Assembly: GCA_945906815.1 (NCBI GenBank)
Contig: CAMDRT010000009.1
Span: forward strand, 17,618 to 81,617
Reading direction: 5' to 3'
DNA: 64,000 nt
Source of the DNA: Bordetella parapertussis
GTDB lineage: Bacteria > Pseudomonadota > Gammaproteobacteria > Burkholderiales > SG8-41
Shown here: piece by piece, positions 1 through 10,130 of the stretch
How positions within the stretch are numbered: the stretch's first letter is position 1
How the letters are laid out: every line of letters starts with the position of its first letter
Notes under the pieces: generated by a model
Told to the model about the DNA's origin: nothing
What the model saw: only the letters and a program-made list of their open reading frames with translations
Database searches by the model: none
Program-made: the position numbers and the translations under genes

Positions 1-1
1 G

Positions 2-685
2 GTGCTCGGCGACATTTTTCTGGGCAAGATCACCCAATGGAATGACAAGGCGATTGCCGACCTGAATCCGGGCATCAAGCTGCCCGCTCAGGATATAGCC
101 GTAGTGCGCCGCGCAGATGGATCGGGTACGACTTTCATATTTACCAACTACCTTTCCAAAGTGAATGCCGAGTGGAAAGCCAAGATCGGCGAAGGGCAGG
201 CCGTGCAATGGCCGTCCGGCATGGGTGGCAAAGGCAACGAGGGTGTCGCTGCTTTCGTGCAGCGACTGCCCGGCGCGATTGGCTATGTGGAATACGCGTA
301 CGCCAAGCAGAACAAGCTCGCGCACACGCTGCTGAGGAACCGTGATGGCCAGTATGTCGCTCCGGATGACGATACTTTCAAAGCCGCTGCGGCGGGCGCC
401 GACTGGGGCAAGGCAGCATTCGGCGCGATTCTGACCGAGCAGCCCGGCAAGGCGAGCTGGCCGCTTACCGGCGCCACCTTCATTTTGCTGCACACGGCGC
501 AGGCCAAACCGCCACAAGCTGTAGAAGTCATGAAGTTCTTTGACTGGTCTTATGCCAACGGTTCCAAGCTCGCGGCGGAACTGGACTATGTGCCGCTGCC
601 TGACACCCTGACCAAACAAATAAAAGCGGCATGGACCGCACAGGTCAAAGACAGCGGCGGCAAAGCGCTGTGGGCGGCGAAGTAA
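2..685 (+). CDS. pstS: Phosphate ABC transporter phosphate-binding protein PstS, C-terminal part (5' end outside window)
   Basis: The ORF is open to the window edge. The translation has PstS-type motifs ([25 protein letters not shown]). It is followed by pstC-pstA-pstB-phoU. Confidence 0.9.
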   Translation: MLGDIFLGKITQWNDKAIADLNPGIKLPAQDIAVVRRADGSGTTFIFTNYLSKVNAEWKAKIGEGQAVQWPSGMGGKGNEGVAAFVQRLPGAIGYVEYAYAKQNKLAHTLLRNRDGQYVAPDDDTFKAAAAGADWGKAAFGAILTEQPGKASWPLTGATFILLHTAQAKPPQAVEVMKFFDWSYANGSKLAAELDYVPLPDTLTKQIKAAWTAQVKDSGGKALWAAK

Positions 686-724
686 TTACAGCCGCGCAGC
701 ATCTCAGAAAGATCACCGTCATGC

Positions 725-749
725 GGGACCGGCAACAGCGGCCGGTCCC
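725..749 (+). terminator. Intercistronic hairpin between pstS and pstC (possible attenuator)
   Basis: A perfect 9-bp stem gggaccggc/gccggtccc with a 7-nt loop is followed by tgtgtgtattt. It lies 40 nt after the pstS stop and just before the pstC RBS (ggag). Confidence 0.3.
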
Positions 750-772
750 TGTGTGTATTTGGAGCTAAACCC

Positions 773-1786
773 ATGACAACCCGTGTAGCGGGCGCTACCA
801 TGGCGCTGCAACCGCCCCCAGCCTTGACCATGGAAACCCCTGTGCGCCAAAAACCGTCCCTGTTGGGCGAATGGATCTTTGCCAATCTGACGCGGGGCTT
901 TGCGATTCTGGCGCTCGCCTCGCTGGCCGGCATTATCGTGTCGCTGGTGTACGGTGCGTGGCCGTCCATCCAGAAGTTCGGCCTGCCGTTCATCTGGAGC
1001 TCCGACTGGAATCCCCCCGCCGCGAAGTTTGGTGCGCTGATTCCGATTTACGGCACGCTGGTCACCTCAGTGATTGCGCTGGCGATCGCGGTGCCCGTGT
1101 CCTTTGGTATCGCAATTTTCCTCACCGAACTTGCGCCGCCGTGGCTGCGCCGCCCGTTGGGCACCGCTATCGAGTTGCTAGCGGCAATTCCCAGCATTGT
1201 GTATGGCATGTGGGGCCTGCTGGTGTTCGCGCCCATTTTTGGTCAGTACATACAGCCTGCGCTCAAGGCTACGCTGGGGCAGCTACCGCTGGTGGGCAAA
1301 CTTTTCGCAGGCCCGACGCTAGGCGTCGGCCTGTTAGCGGCAGGCATCATTCTCGCGATCATGATTATTCCGTTTATCGCGGCGGTCATGCGCGACGTAT
1401 TCGAGATCACGCCGCGAATGCTTAAGGAGTCGGCCTACGGCGTGGGCGCCACCACCTGGGAAGTGGTATGGAACGTGGTGTTACCTTATACCAAGACGGG
1501 CGTTATCGGCGGCATTATTCTCGGCTTGGGCCGCGCCTTGGGCGAGACCATGGCGGTGACGTTCGTAATAGGCAATACCAATTTTCTGTCGAATATTTCG
1601 CTGTTCTCACCCGGCAACAGCATTACTTCCGCGCTGGCGAATGAGTTCGCCGAAGCGGAACAGGGCTTGCATACGGCAGCGCTGATTGAGTTGGGGCTGA
1701 TCCTGTTTGTGATCACTTTCATCGTGCTGGCTTTTTCCAAACTGCTCCTGATGCGGCTGGCGCGTCAGGAAGGCGGCAAGACCTAA
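773..1786 (+). CDS. pstC: Phosphate ABC transporter permease PstC
   Basis: This is a 337-aa polytopic membrane ORF with a GGAG RBS. It has the ABC permease EAA-type loop region ([12 protein letters not shown]) and the expected position in the pst operon. Confidence 0.9.
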   Translation: MTTRVAGATMALQPPPALTMETPVRQKPSLLGEWIFANLTRGFAILALASLAGIIVSLVYGAWPSIQKFGLPFIWSSDWNPPAAKFGALIPIYGTLVTSVIALAIAVPVSFGIAIFLTELAPPWLRRPLGTAIELLAAIPSIVYGMWGLLVFAPIFGQYIQPALKATLGQLPLVGKLFAGPTLGVGLLAAGIILAIMIIPFIAAVMRDVFEITPRMLKESAYGVGATTWEVVWNVVLPYTKTGVIGGIILGLGRALGETMAVTFVIGNTNFLSNISLFSPGNSITSALANEFAEAEQGLHTAALIELGLILFVITFIVLAFSKLLLMRLARQEGGKT

Positions 1787-1803
1787 CCCCCCGGCCCCCC
1801 CTC

Positions 1804-2646
1804 ATGCAACTGCACAAAAAGCGCAAAGCCATCAATACAACAGCGCTCTGCCTGTCACTGGCGGCAATGTCGTTCGGTCTGTTCTGGCTGGCGTGGATAC
1901 TGCTGACGATACTGCAACTCGGCCTCTCCGGGCTATCCCTGGCGGTGTTTACCCAGATGACGCCGCCACCGGGCAGCGCGGGCGGCCTGGCCAACGCGAT
2001 CTTCGGCAGCGTGGTCATGGTGGGGCTGGCCACGCTCATCGGCACGCCTATCGGCATTCTTGCGGGCATCTATCTCGCGGAGTACGGTCAACACACCTTG
2101 CTCGGCCACGTCACCCGCTTTATCAACGACATTCTGTTGTCGGCGCCGTCCATCGTTATCGGTTTGTTCATATACGCCGCCGTGGTGGTGCCGATGGGCA
2201 AATTTTCCGGCTTCGCGGGCGTGCTGGCGCTGGCGTTGATCGTGATGCCGGTGGTGATCCGCACCACCGAAAACATCCTGCGCCTGGTGCCGGATTCGTT
2301 ACGCGAGGCCGCCGCCGCATTGGGTGCGCCCAAATGGATCATGATCATGCAGGTTGCCGTGCGCGCCGCGCAGGCAGGCATCCTGACCGGCATCCTGCTG
2401 GCCGTAGCACGCATCGCAGGCGAGACCGCGCCGCTGATGTTTACCGCGCTATCCAATCAGTTCTGGAGTACGGATCTGCGCGAACCCATGGCCAATCTAC
2501 CGATGACCATATTCCGCTTTGCCATGAGCCCGTTCAAAGACTGGCAGGATCTGGCCTGGGCGGGCGTATTGCTGATTACCACAGGCGTGCTGGTGCTGAA
2601 CATCGCCGCGCGCGTCCTTTTCAAAAACAAGATTTCCACCACCTGA
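1804..2646 (+). CDS. pstA: Phosphate ABC transporter permease PstA
   Basis: This is a 280-aa membrane ORF with a permease loop ([12 protein letters not shown]), located between pstC and pstB. Confidence 0.9.
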   Translation: MQLHKKRKAINTTALCLSLAAMSFGLFWLAWILLTILQLGLSGLSLAVFTQMTPPPGSAGGLANAIFGSVVMVGLATLIGTPIGILAGIYLAEYGQHTLLGHVTRFINDILLSAPSIVIGLFIYAAVVVPMGKFSGFAGVLALALIVMPVVIRTTENILRLVPDSLREAAAALGAPKWIMIMQVAVRAAQAGILTGILLAVARIAGETAPLMFTALSNQFWSTDLREPMANLPMTIFRFAMSPFKDWQDLAWAGVLLITTGVLVLNIAARVLFKNKISTT

Positions 2647-2659
2647 TCGCGGAACATCC

Positions 2660-3457
2660 ATGGCCAACGTCACTTTGCAGGCAGCCGAAAAAAAACCGCT
2701 CCCCGAGACGCAGTTGGCTATCCGCAATTTCAATTTTTACTATGGCGCTTTCCAGGCGTTGAAAAACATCAATATGGATGTTTACAAGTCGCGCGTGACC
2801 GCGTTCATCGGCCCTTCCGGCTGCGGCAAATCCACGTTGTTGCGCACCTTGAACCGCATGTATTCGCTGTATCCGGAACAGCGCGCCGAGGGTGAACTGC
2901 TCCTGAACGGCAAGAATCTGCTGGACCGCGATCTCGACGTTAATGACTTGCGTGCGCGCGTCGGCATGGTGTTTCAAAAGCCCACGCCGTTTCCGATGTC
3001 CATCTACGACAACATCGCGTTCGGCGTGCGCCTGCATCAGCGCCTGTCGCGCGGGCAGATGGACGAGCGGGTCGAGTGGGCGCTGCAACGCGCGGCGTTG
3101 TGGGATGAAGTCAAAGACAAGTTGGGACAAAGTGGCATGAGCCTGTCGGGTGGCCAGCAACAGCGCTTATGTATTGCGCGCGGCATCGCGGTCCAACCCG
3201 AAATCCTGTTGCTGGACGAGCCCACATCGGCGTTGGATCCGATTTCCACCTTGCGCATCGAGGAATTGATCCACGACCTGAAACAGGACTTCACCATCGT
3301 GATCGTGACGCATAATATGCAGCAGGCAGCGCGCGTATCCGATTACACCGCTTACATGTATCTGGGCGAGTTGATCGAGTTTGATTTCACCGACAGCCTA
3401 TTCATCAAGCCGAAAAAGAAAGAGACCGAAGATTACATCACCGGCCGGTTTGGTTAA
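2660..3457 (+). CDS. pstB: Phosphate ABC transporter ATP-binding protein PstB
   Basis: It has Walker [13 protein letters not shown] signature LSGGQQQR and Walker [12 protein letters not shown]. Confidence 0.95.
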   Translation: MANVTLQAAEKKPLPETQLAIRNFNFYYGAFQALKNINMDVYKSRVTAFIGPSGCGKSTLLRTLNRMYSLYPEQRAEGELLLNGKNLLDRDLDVNDLRARVGMVFQKPTPFPMSIYDNIAFGVRLHQRLSRGQMDERVEWALQRAALWDEVKDKLGQSGMSLSGGQQQRLCIARGIAVQPEILLLDEPTSALDPISTLRIEELIHDLKQDFTIVIVTHNMQQAARVSDYTAYMYLGELIEFDFTDSLFIKPKKKETEDYITGRFG

Positions 3458-3487
3458 CGGCGCGGCGTTTACACTACGGAAATCCCT

Positions 3488-4198
3488 ATGCCCAATACCA
3501 CTCACACCTCCAAGCAATTCGATGTCGACCTCGAAGACATCCGCTCGCGCGTGCTGCAAATGGGCGGCCTGGTTGAGATGCAACTCACTGCCGCGATCGA
3601 GGGCCTGGCCACCGGCAATGAAGAGATCATCCATCGCGTCATCGATGCCGAACGCCGCGTCAACACCTATGAAAAAGAAATCGACGATGCCTGTGTGCAT
3701 GTCATAGCGCGGCGCCAGCCGACCGCCAGCGATTTACGGCTGATTATGGCGGTATCGAAAATAGTCACGGATCTGGAACGTATCGGTGATGAGGCCGAGA
3801 AAGTGGCGCGCATAGCGCGCGCCATTTATGGTCGTGGTGCATTGACCATTCCGCGTGCCATCGACGTGCGGCAGACCGGCAACAAGGCGGCCTTGATGTT
3901 GCGCCACGTGCTGGATGCCATGGCCCGGCTCGATACAGTCGAGGCGGGGAAAATCATTGCGGAAGGCCAACTCATCGATAACGATTTTCGCGCCATTCTG
4001 CGCCAGTTGATCACCTTCATGATGGAGGACCCGCGCACCATCACCACTGCCCTCGACATCGTGTGGATAGCGAAATCCATAGAGCGCGTCGGCGATCATG
4101 CCGAAAATATCGCCGAACAGGTGATCTACATCGTCGATGGCATAGACATACGGCACACCGGCAGCCCGCCGCTGCTGATGCCGGAGGAGAACGCCTGA
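3488..4198 (+). CDS. phoU: Phosphate signalling regulator PhoU
   Basis: This is a 236-aa two-repeat PhoU-like protein (the ERIGD motif appears twice: DLERIGDEA and IERVGDHA). It follows pstB directly. Confidence 0.9.
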   Translation: MPNTTHTSKQFDVDLEDIRSRVLQMGGLVEMQLTAAIEGLATGNEEIIHRVIDAERRVNTYEKEIDDACVHVIARRQPTASDLRLIMAVSKIVTDLERIGDEAEKVARIARAIYGRGALTIPRAIDVRQTGNKAALMLRHVLDAMARLDTVEAGKIIAEGQLIDNDFRAILRQLITFMMEDPRTITTALDIVWIAKSIERVGDHAENIAEQVIYIVDGIDIRHTGSPPLLMPEENA

Positions 4199-4926
4199 TG
4201 GCCGCGCGCATCCTGGTAGTCGAAGACGAACCCGCCGTGCAGGAGTTGATACGCTACACGCTGGAGCAGGCCGGCATGGAAGCGATTACCGCAGCCAGCG
4301 CCGAGGATGCGCTGGCGTTGTTGCGCGACGAGCTGCCTGACGCAGTGCTGATCGACTGGATGTTGCCGCATAAATCGGGATTGGCGCTGGCGCGCGAATT
4401 GCGTGAGACCGCGCGTACCGCCGAGCTGCCATTGATTATTGTCACCGCGCGCGGCGAGGAATCCGACCGTGTCAAAGGTCTGGATCAGGGTGCCGACGAT
4501 TACGTGGTAAAGCCGTTCAGCCCGCGTGAACTGATCGCGCGCATCCAGGCGGTGCTGCGGCGGCGTGCGCCGCATACCTCGGACGCCATCTTGTCGGTGG
4601 GTGGCCTGAAGCTCAATCCGGTGAGTCATGAAGTGACGCTGCACGATACCGCCCTGGCACTGGGTCCCACGGAATTCCGGCTACTGCACTTTTTTCTGGC
4701 GCACCCGGAGCGCGTGTATACGCGCACGCAACTACTCGATCAGGTATGGGGAGACCACGTGTTCATCGAAGAGCGCACGGTGGACGTACACATCCGCCGG
4801 CTGCGTATGGCGCTGGGCGACGGGGGCGAAGATCTGATCAGGACTGTGCGCGGCTCGGGTTACAAGCTGTCGGCGCTGAGACCGCGCGCTGCGGATGCCG
4901 CGCGGGCGTACGCCGGGCCGTACTGA
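4198..4926 (+). CDS. phoB: Phosphate regulon response regulator PhoB (OmpR family)
   Basis: The ATG overlaps the phoU stop (TGATG). The receiver domain begins MAARILVVEDEP and a winged-helix C-terminus is present (TVDVHIRRLR). The longer ORF starting at 4063 overlaps phoU and was rejected. Confidence 0.9.
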   Translation: MAARILVVEDEPAVQELIRYTLEQAGMEAITAASAEDALALLRDELPDAVLIDWMLPHKSGLALARELRETARTAELPLIIVTARGEESDRVKGLDQGADDYVVKPFSPRELIARIQAVLRRRAPHTSDAILSVGGLKLNPVSHEVTLHDTALALGPTEFRLLHFFLAHPERVYTRTQLLDQVWGDHVFIEERTVDVHIRRLRMALGDGGEDLIRTVRGSGYKLSALRPRAADAARAYAGPY

Positions 4927-4981
4927 GATTGCGCTGGGTCGCGCATACCCCTATGGCGGCTAAATCAAGGCGGCGCGCGCC

Positions 4982-6313
4982 ATGATGCCCGTCTGGTTTT
5001 CCCTGACGTTCAAGCTCACGCTCGTCGCTTTCGTGGCCGTGTGCATGGGACTAGCGTTGGGCGTGGCCACAGGTTGGGCCATAGCCTGCGCAGGATTGGC
5101 GCTGTTATATGCCCTGCACGTGTACCAACTCGCACGCCTGGAACGCTGGCTGCAAAATCCCCACGCGGATAATTTGCCCGATCCGTGGGGCGCCTGGGGC
5201 GTGGTGTTCGCCAGTGTTTACCGCGCGCTGCGGCTGGAAGCCCGCAAACGTGTAGCCGTGGATAAGGAACTCGAACTCTTCACACAGGCCGCGCAGGCGC
5301 TGCCCGGCGGTATCGCCATGCTCGACGTCGGCGATCAGTTACTGTGGTGCAATGACACCGCTGCGACGCACCTGGGCCTGCAAACCAGCCGTGACTATGG
5401 CCTGCGCGTGACGAATATCGTGCGGGTGCCGCAGCTCGCTGCGTTTTTGCAAAGCGCGCTGCCGGACGACACGCTGGATTACCGTCCCGCGCACAATCCG
5501 GGGCAGTTACTGTCGCTCAAGGCGATACCGTTCAGCGACGGACGCAAGCTGCTGGTAAGTTTTGACATTTCCAAAATCGAGCGCGCCGACACCACGCGCC
5601 GTGACTTCATCGCCAATGTGTCGCATGAACTGCGCACGCCGCTCACCGTGATCCACGGCTTTCTCGAACATATGTGTGATACGCCAATCCAGCCGCCCGC
5701 ACAGGCGCGCCGCCATATTACGTTGATGGCGCAACAGTCGGATCGCATGCTGAAGCTGGTGGATGATCTGCTGCTGTTGTCGCGCCTTGAAGAGAGTGAC
5801 GGCCCGCAACGCGAGGAGCGCGTGGATATTTACGCGCTGGCCTTGTCGCTGGCCGACGATGCACGCGCGCTGAGCGCGGGCAGACACCCCATAGAGCTGA
5901 CGGTAGCTGAAGGCGCCGCCATCACCGGCAGTGCCGACGAGCTGCGCAGCGCGTTCGGCAACCTGGTGAGTAACGCCGTGCGTTACACGCCACAAGGCGG
6001 ACGTATCACGCTGGCGTGGTGTATCGATGCCAAAGGCGGCGGCATCTTCGGCGTTACCGATACCGGCATCGGCGTCGCCGCCGAACATATCCCTCGGCTC
6101 ACCGAGCGTTTTTATCGCGTGGATCGCGGCCGCTCGCGTGAAACCGGCGGCACCGGCTTGGGCCTGGCTATCGTCAAACACGTGGCATTACGTCATCAAG
6201 CGGCATTGGAAATTCAATCCGAGGCGGGTGCCGGCAGCGAATTTCGCATCGTCTTTCCGCCCTGGCGCAGCATTGTCGGCGCGCCGCAGACGGCTGTGGC
6301 CGACGCTGCGTAG
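4982..6313 (+). CDS. phoR: Phosphate regulon sensor histidine kinase PhoR
   Basis: It has N-terminal TM segments, a PAS-like region, H-box SHELRTPLT and an HATPase region (GGTGLGLAIVKH). It is adjacent to phoB. Confidence 0.85.
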   Translation: MMPVWFSLTFKLTLVAFVAVCMGLALGVATGWAIACAGLALLYALHVYQLARLERWLQNPHADNLPDPWGAWGVVFASVYRALRLEARKRVAVDKELELFTQAAQALPGGIAMLDVGDQLLWCNDTAATHLGLQTSRDYGLRVTNIVRVPQLAAFLQSALPDDTLDYRPAHNPGQLLSLKAIPFSDGRKLLVSFDISKIERADTTRRDFIANVSHELRTPLTVIHGFLEHMCDTPIQPPAQARRHITLMAQQSDRMLKLVDDLLLLSRLEESDGPQREERVDIYALALSLADDARALSAGRHPIELTVAEGAAITGSADELRSAFGNLVSNAVRYTPQGGRITLAWCIDAKGGGIFGVTDTGIGVAAEHIPRLTERFYRVDRGRSRETGGTGLGLAIVKHVALRHQAALEIQSEAGAGSEFRIVFPPWRSIVGAPQTAVADAA

Positions 6314-6380
6314 TCAAGCGTAACACATTGTTTTTATTGATCAAAATAACCTCATGGGCGAAGGGTGCTGAGCCCAAACC

Positions 6381-6920
6381 ATGACCATGACCGATCCCCT
6401 GCAGGTACTCTTTCTGTGCACCGGCAATAGCGCGCGCTCGATACTCGGCGAAGCATTGGCGACCACCCTGTCCCAGGGCCGCCTGCGCGGTTACTCAGCA
6501 GGCTCGCATCCCGGCGGTAAGGTGCATCCGTACGCCGCCGAACTGTGCGCGCAAATGCATTACCCGGCAGCCAACCTGCGCTCGAAATCCTGGGATGAAT
6601 TCGGCGTCCCGGGTGCGCCCGCAATGGATTTGATCATCACGGTGTGCGACAGCGCGGCAGGTGAGGCGTGTCCACTATGGCTCGGCCATCCGGCTACCGC
6701 GCACTGGGGATTGCCCGACCCGGCGGCGGTTGCCGGCAGCGATGCCGACAAGCGCGCCGCGTTTGCCGCGATTCGTGATGCAATGGCACAGCGTATTGCG
6801 ATGCTGCTGGCGTTGCCGTTGGAAAGCATGAGCGATGCTGAACGGCGCAGCGCAATGCGGCGGATAGGCGCAACCGCTGTGCTTGATCCGACGATGGAAA
6901 AACTGTTTGCGGCCGGCTGA
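6381..6920 (+). CDS. arsC: Arsenate reductase, LMW-phosphatase (thioredoxin-coupled) type
   Basis: The P-loop LFLCTGNSARS is present. A downstream Cys pair spaced C-x7-C (VCDSAAGEAC) matches the Cys82/Cys89 arrangement of Trx-coupled ArsC. Confidence 0.75.
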   Translation: MTMTDPLQVLFLCTGNSARSILGEALATTLSQGRLRGYSAGSHPGGKVHPYAAELCAQMHYPAANLRSKSWDEFGVPGAPAMDLIITVCDSAAGEACPLWLGHPATAHWGLPDPAAVAGSDADKRAAFAAIRDAMAQRIAMLLALPLESMSDAERRSAMRRIGATAVLDPTMEKLFAAG

Positions 6921-7068
6921 ACATTAAACCTTAAAACGGCAATTCAGCCACAGAGAGCGCCGAGGAACACAGAGAAAACAAGTGCTTGCACTCACGCCTC
7001 ACACGCACCTGTTTGGCGAGAGGGACAATCGCTCCAACTTGTAGCTTTACCTCTGTAAACTCTGTGTT

Positions 7069-7164
7069 CTCACAAGAAACAAAACACCCCGCCTCACGTT
7101 TGATTGCGAACGCCTGACTTGCGCGCGGGATGGGGAGACGCTGCGGCCAAATGCTTTTTCCAGG
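7069..7164. repeat. Direct repeat copy 1 (about 95 bp) in the arsC-MIP intergenic region
   Basis: It aligns with 7286-7390. Both start with ctcacaagaa, share the core ttgcgaacgcctgac...gcgcgcggga and end with ggccaaatgctttttccagg. Roughly four in five positions match by eye. Confidence 0.8.
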
Positions 7165-7183
7165 ACTACTGATACCAACAACA

Positions 7184-7250
7184 CTCGTCACCCCGGCGTA
7201 CGCCGGGGTCCAGAAACGTACTGGATGCTGGCGTACGCCAGCATGACGAG
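7184..7250. repeat. REP-like compound palindromic element
   Basis: Outer arms ctcgtca/tgacgag enclose two perfect palindromes, ccccggcgtacgccgggg and tgctggcgtacgccagca. This resembles the nested-hairpin REP elements common in environmental proteobacteria. Confidence 0.75.
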
Positions 7251-7285
7251 GTGGTTTTAGTGAGAGCTGCGGTAAAGTATTCATG

Positions 7286-7390
7286 CTCACAAGAACGCTA
7301 TTATTCACCACCCCGCCCCATGTTTCTTTGCGAACGCCTGACCCGCGCGCGCGGGATTGGGAGACTCTGTGGCCCAATGCTTTTTCTAGG
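7286..7390. repeat. Direct repeat copy 2 (about 105 bp), ending 12 nt before the MIP start codon
   Basis: See copy 1 at 7069-7164. Confidence 0.8.
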
Positions 7391-7401
7391 TTAAAACGAA
7401 A

Positions 7402-8073
7402 ATGAACCTCCCCGCTACCCACCGCATCGCTGCTGAATTCGCAGGCACCGCACTGTTACTCGCCATTGTCGTCGGCTCCGGCATCATGGGCGAATCACTG
7501 GCCGGCGGCAACGCCGCGATTGCGCTGCTGGGCAATTCGATCGCCACCGGTGCGGGACTGTATGTATTGATCACAGTGCTGGGCCCCCTCTCGGGCGCGC
7601 ACTTTAATCCGCTGGTGTCGCTGACCTTTTGGCGCAGCGGTGAACTGACTTTGAGTTTGCTCGCAGCCTATGTGGCCGCGCAGGTGTGCGGCGGCATCAT
7701 CGGCGTGTGGCTCACGCATCTGATGTTCGACCTGCCGCTACTCCAGTTTTCCAGCAAGCTGCGCAGCGGCGTACCGCAGTGGATATCGGAGTTACTGGCC
7801 ACCGGCGTGCTGCTCGCCACCATTCATCTGGGGCTACGCCACGCCGCCGAGCGCGTGCCGCTGCTGGTGGCGCTGATCGTCACTGCCGGTTACTGGTTCA
7901 CCGCGAGCACTTTTTTTGCCAACCCGGCGGTAACGATAGCGCGTGCTTTTAGCAACACCTTTGCCGGCATACAGCCGGCCGATGTCGCTGGGTTTATCGC
8001 GGCGCAATGTATGGCCGCCGTGGCGGCCTGTGCTTTTGTCGGGCGCCGCTCCCCCCGAATGCCCTCCCAATAG
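7402..8073 (+). CDS. MIP-family channel (aquaporin/aquaglyceroporin; possible arsenite channel given arsC linkage)
   Basis: This is a 223-aa six-TM protein with the two MIP signature half-motifs GAHFNPLVS (NPL) and FANPAVTIAR (NPA). Confidence 0.85.
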   Translation: MNLPATHRIAAEFAGTALLLAIVVGSGIMGESLAGGNAAIALLGNSIATGAGLYVLITVLGPLSGAHFNPLVSLTFWRSGELTLSLLAAYVAAQVCGGIIGVWLTHLMFDLPLLQFSSKLRSGVPQWISELLATGVLLATIHLGLRHAAERVPLLVALIVTAGYWFTASTFFANPAVTIARAFSNTFAGIQPADVAGFIAAQCMAAVAACAFVGRRSPRMPSQ

Positions 8074-8075
8074 GC

Positions 8076-9392
8076 CTAGTTCACCCCACTCATCCTCGGC
8101 GCGTAGGCGTACATTTTTTCGCTGTGTGGATTCCTGCGCAACGCCTCGGCCCTCGCGTACTCGGCTTGCTTCTGCTGCCCAAGCCTGCGCAGAGCTTCTC
8201 CCAGCACCCAATAGATTTGGGCAGTATCCCAGCCGTTGGCGAGTTGGGCCTCCATTAGCGGCACGGCGCGGTCGGGCTTTCCCGCCAGCATCCACGCTTT
8301 CGCCAAGGCAATGGCGGATTCCCCGTACGGGCGCGTCTCAAAGTTTTTCTGCGCGAGCACGAGGGCAAACTTCGCGTCAGCGTGGTCCTGCAAAAAATGA
8401 TCCAGCGCATGGCCGGCTGCGGCCTCAGGAAAAGCGAGCAGCCTTTGCTCATAAATCGCGCGCGCCTTCAGGGTAAGCTTTTTCGCATGCTCCTCGCGCC
8501 CATCCTCACGCTCGATCGCGGCCAGAGCATCCATGAATTCCGGATTACCGGTGCGCTCGATAATGTTCTCGTAGAGTTGTCTGGCTTGCTGGGACTTGCC
8601 GCTCAGCAACAGCACCTCTGCGATATGCTCGTCGATCAGCCACCAGCCGTCGAGGGTATCGGAGGCGAGCCGGTACATGGCGAGCGCTTCGTCAAAACGT
8701 CCGCGATCAAGCGCCACCAGTCCGCGCTGCAATTTGAGCCAAGCGAGCATCGCCGGAGCACCAGCGTGATAGCGCTTCTCCGCAGCCTCAAGGAGGGCGG
8801 CCGCTTCACCAGGTGACCCTAGCCATTTCTTGAACAGGCCGAAACGGACATAAGTCGCGGAAGTCCCTGAATCGTTGAGCAGCGCGCGATAGTTGCTTTC
8901 AGCCGCGCGGTAGCGCCCCGAGTAGAGCGCGAGGTCGGCTCGGATTGAGGCCATTTCAGCCGGTTCAACGCTCGTGGGACATGAATCCAGCGCGACGCCC
9001 GCCTGCTTTAGGCGATGCAGGGTGTAATGCAGCCGCGCCTGCGCGAGGCAGAAAGCAGCCGACGGCTTCGACTCGGCCACGCTCGCCAACAGTGCCTCGG
9101 CCTTTACATAATCGTCGTAGTTTCCCGTCAGCCTGGCGCGTTCCTGATACAGCGCAACGACCTGCAAGGAAATCACTGTGCCGCCCGTTTGCTTAGCCGC
9201 GAGCGTGATACCGCGAGCGATGGCGGCGTCGATTTGTTTTACTTCGCTGCTATAGGATGGCTTAGCAGGCAGTACGGCGGCTTTGGGAGCTGCCGGAACA
9301 GGGCTTGCGGTCTTGGTGTTATCGCACGCCGCCAACAGGCAAAATAACAGCAGGCCCAGCCACTGGCTGAGCCCACGGTTAAAACAGATCAA
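8076..9392 (-). CDS. TPR-repeat lipoprotein
   Basis: Signal peptide with lipobox LLAAC. The rest is helical, Ala/Leu-rich and TPR-like. The TTG start overlaps the upstream gene stop by 4 nt (TTGA). Confidence 0.6.
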   Translation of the reverse strand: MICFNRGLSQWLGLLLFCLLAACDNTKTASPVPAAPKAAVLPAKPSYSSEVKQIDAAIARGITLAAKQTGGTVISLQVVALYQERARLTGNYDDYVKAEALLASVAESKPSAAFCLAQARLHYTLHRLKQAGVALDSCPTSVEPAEMASIRADLALYSGRYRAAESNYRALLNDSGTSATYVRFGLFKKWLGSPGEAAALLEAAEKRYHAGAPAMLAWLKLQRGLVALDRGRFDEALAMYRLASDTLDGWWLIDEHIAEVLLLSGKSQQARQLYENIIERTGNPEFMDALAAIEREDGREEHAKKLTLKARAIYEQRLLAFPEAAAGHALDHFLQDHADAKFALVLAQKNFETRPYGESAIALAKAWMLAGKPDRAVPLMEAQLANGWDTAQIYWVLGEALRRLGQQKQAEYARAEALRRNPHSEKMYAYAPRMSGVN

Positions 9393-10126
9393 GGCTGCGC
9401 TGGCCGCAGAAAGGGGAATACCGTGGGTAGTACAGTACCCGTTTCATCAGCCGTAGGGTTGATCACGCCCACCAGCGTATTGATCGTGTGCGGTGGCGCG
9501 ACGCCCGAGATCCGTAACAATGCGGCGGCGAGCAGGCGATCAACGACCGGGTCGTCATAACCGCGGCCATTCGGCCAGCCGGGCGCCACGTTAAGATCAT
9601 AGGTAATCACATCCGGAAGGACGACCGGCGCCACGACCGCAACGCAAGCAGAGATATCCACGTCTGCATTGCTCGCTGGCGGCACCACCGTTTCCGTCGA
9701 GCATAACGTGAGGCCCAGCCCGCGAAGTTGCGGTCCGACTTCGTAGTGGATGTTTCTGAGCGAATTCGCCTGCGGCCCCACCGTGAATAGACCCGCAAAG
9801 TCGCGGCCGTCATTGATCGGGTTGCCCCGGTTTAATGCGTCGCGCTGGTTATTGAACGGGTTCGCCGCATTGCCTGGATTCAGCAGTGCTCCGGTCGGGC
9901 CGAGAGGCGTGATCGCGGGGTCCCTGGACAGCAGCGCGGTCGCTATTGCCGGCTGACCGGTACGGTCAACGCGCACATAACGATCCTGCGTTGCGGTGGA
10001 AAAAGCAAATCTAAGAACGATGACTTCGCTTTCACCCAAACAGCCGCCCAGCACCATCGCGGCAGCAAGGCCAATGCTTGCAAGGGAAACCTGGCGTGTC
10101 GTTTGCACAGCGCGTTGGATTTTCAT
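9389..10126 (-). CDS. Secreted lipoprotein resembling the C-terminal half of DUF4331 proteins
   Basis: Lipobox LGGC is present. The motif VDRTGQPAIATALL and an Asn/Asp-rich segment (NQRDALNRGNPINDGRDF) resemble DUF4331. The family assignment is from memory, not from a search. Confidence 0.45.
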   Translation of the reverse strand: MKIQRAVQTTRQVSLASIGLAAAMVLGGCLGESEVIVLRFAFSTATQDRYVRVDRTGQPAIATALLSRDPAITPLGPTGALLNPGNAANPFNNQRDALNRGNPINDGRDFAGLFTVGPQANSLRNIHYEVGPQLRGLGLTLCSTETVVPPASNADVDISACVAVVAPVVLPDVITYDLNVAPGWPNGRGYDDPVVDRLLAAALLRISGVAPPHTINTLVGVINPTADETGTVLPTVFPFLRPAQP

Positions 10127-10130
10127 GTGA

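Noticed and set aside
4063-4197. N-terminal extensions of track ORFs: phoB from 4063, rhuM from 51288, hsdR from 55580, polA from 35173, trkA to 45735, and the PBP-fold gene to 61127
   Set aside because: The extensions overlap the preceding genes and lack family similarity. Internal starts coincide with conserved N-termini, RBS sequences or stop-start overlaps.
6334-6349. AT-rich near-palindrome ttattgatcaaaataa (core TTGATCAA) upstream of arsC, considered as a possible ArsR-type operator
   Set aside because: No arsR gene is present, and the 8-bp core palindrome is too short to distinguish from a chance AT-rich promoter element.
6931-7422. 163-aa minus-strand ORF covering the arsC-MIP intergenic region
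   Set aside because: It is composed almost entirely of the REP-like palindromes and the duplicated 100-bp unit. It has no RBS and overlaps the MIP start. It is best explained as a chance open frame across repeats.
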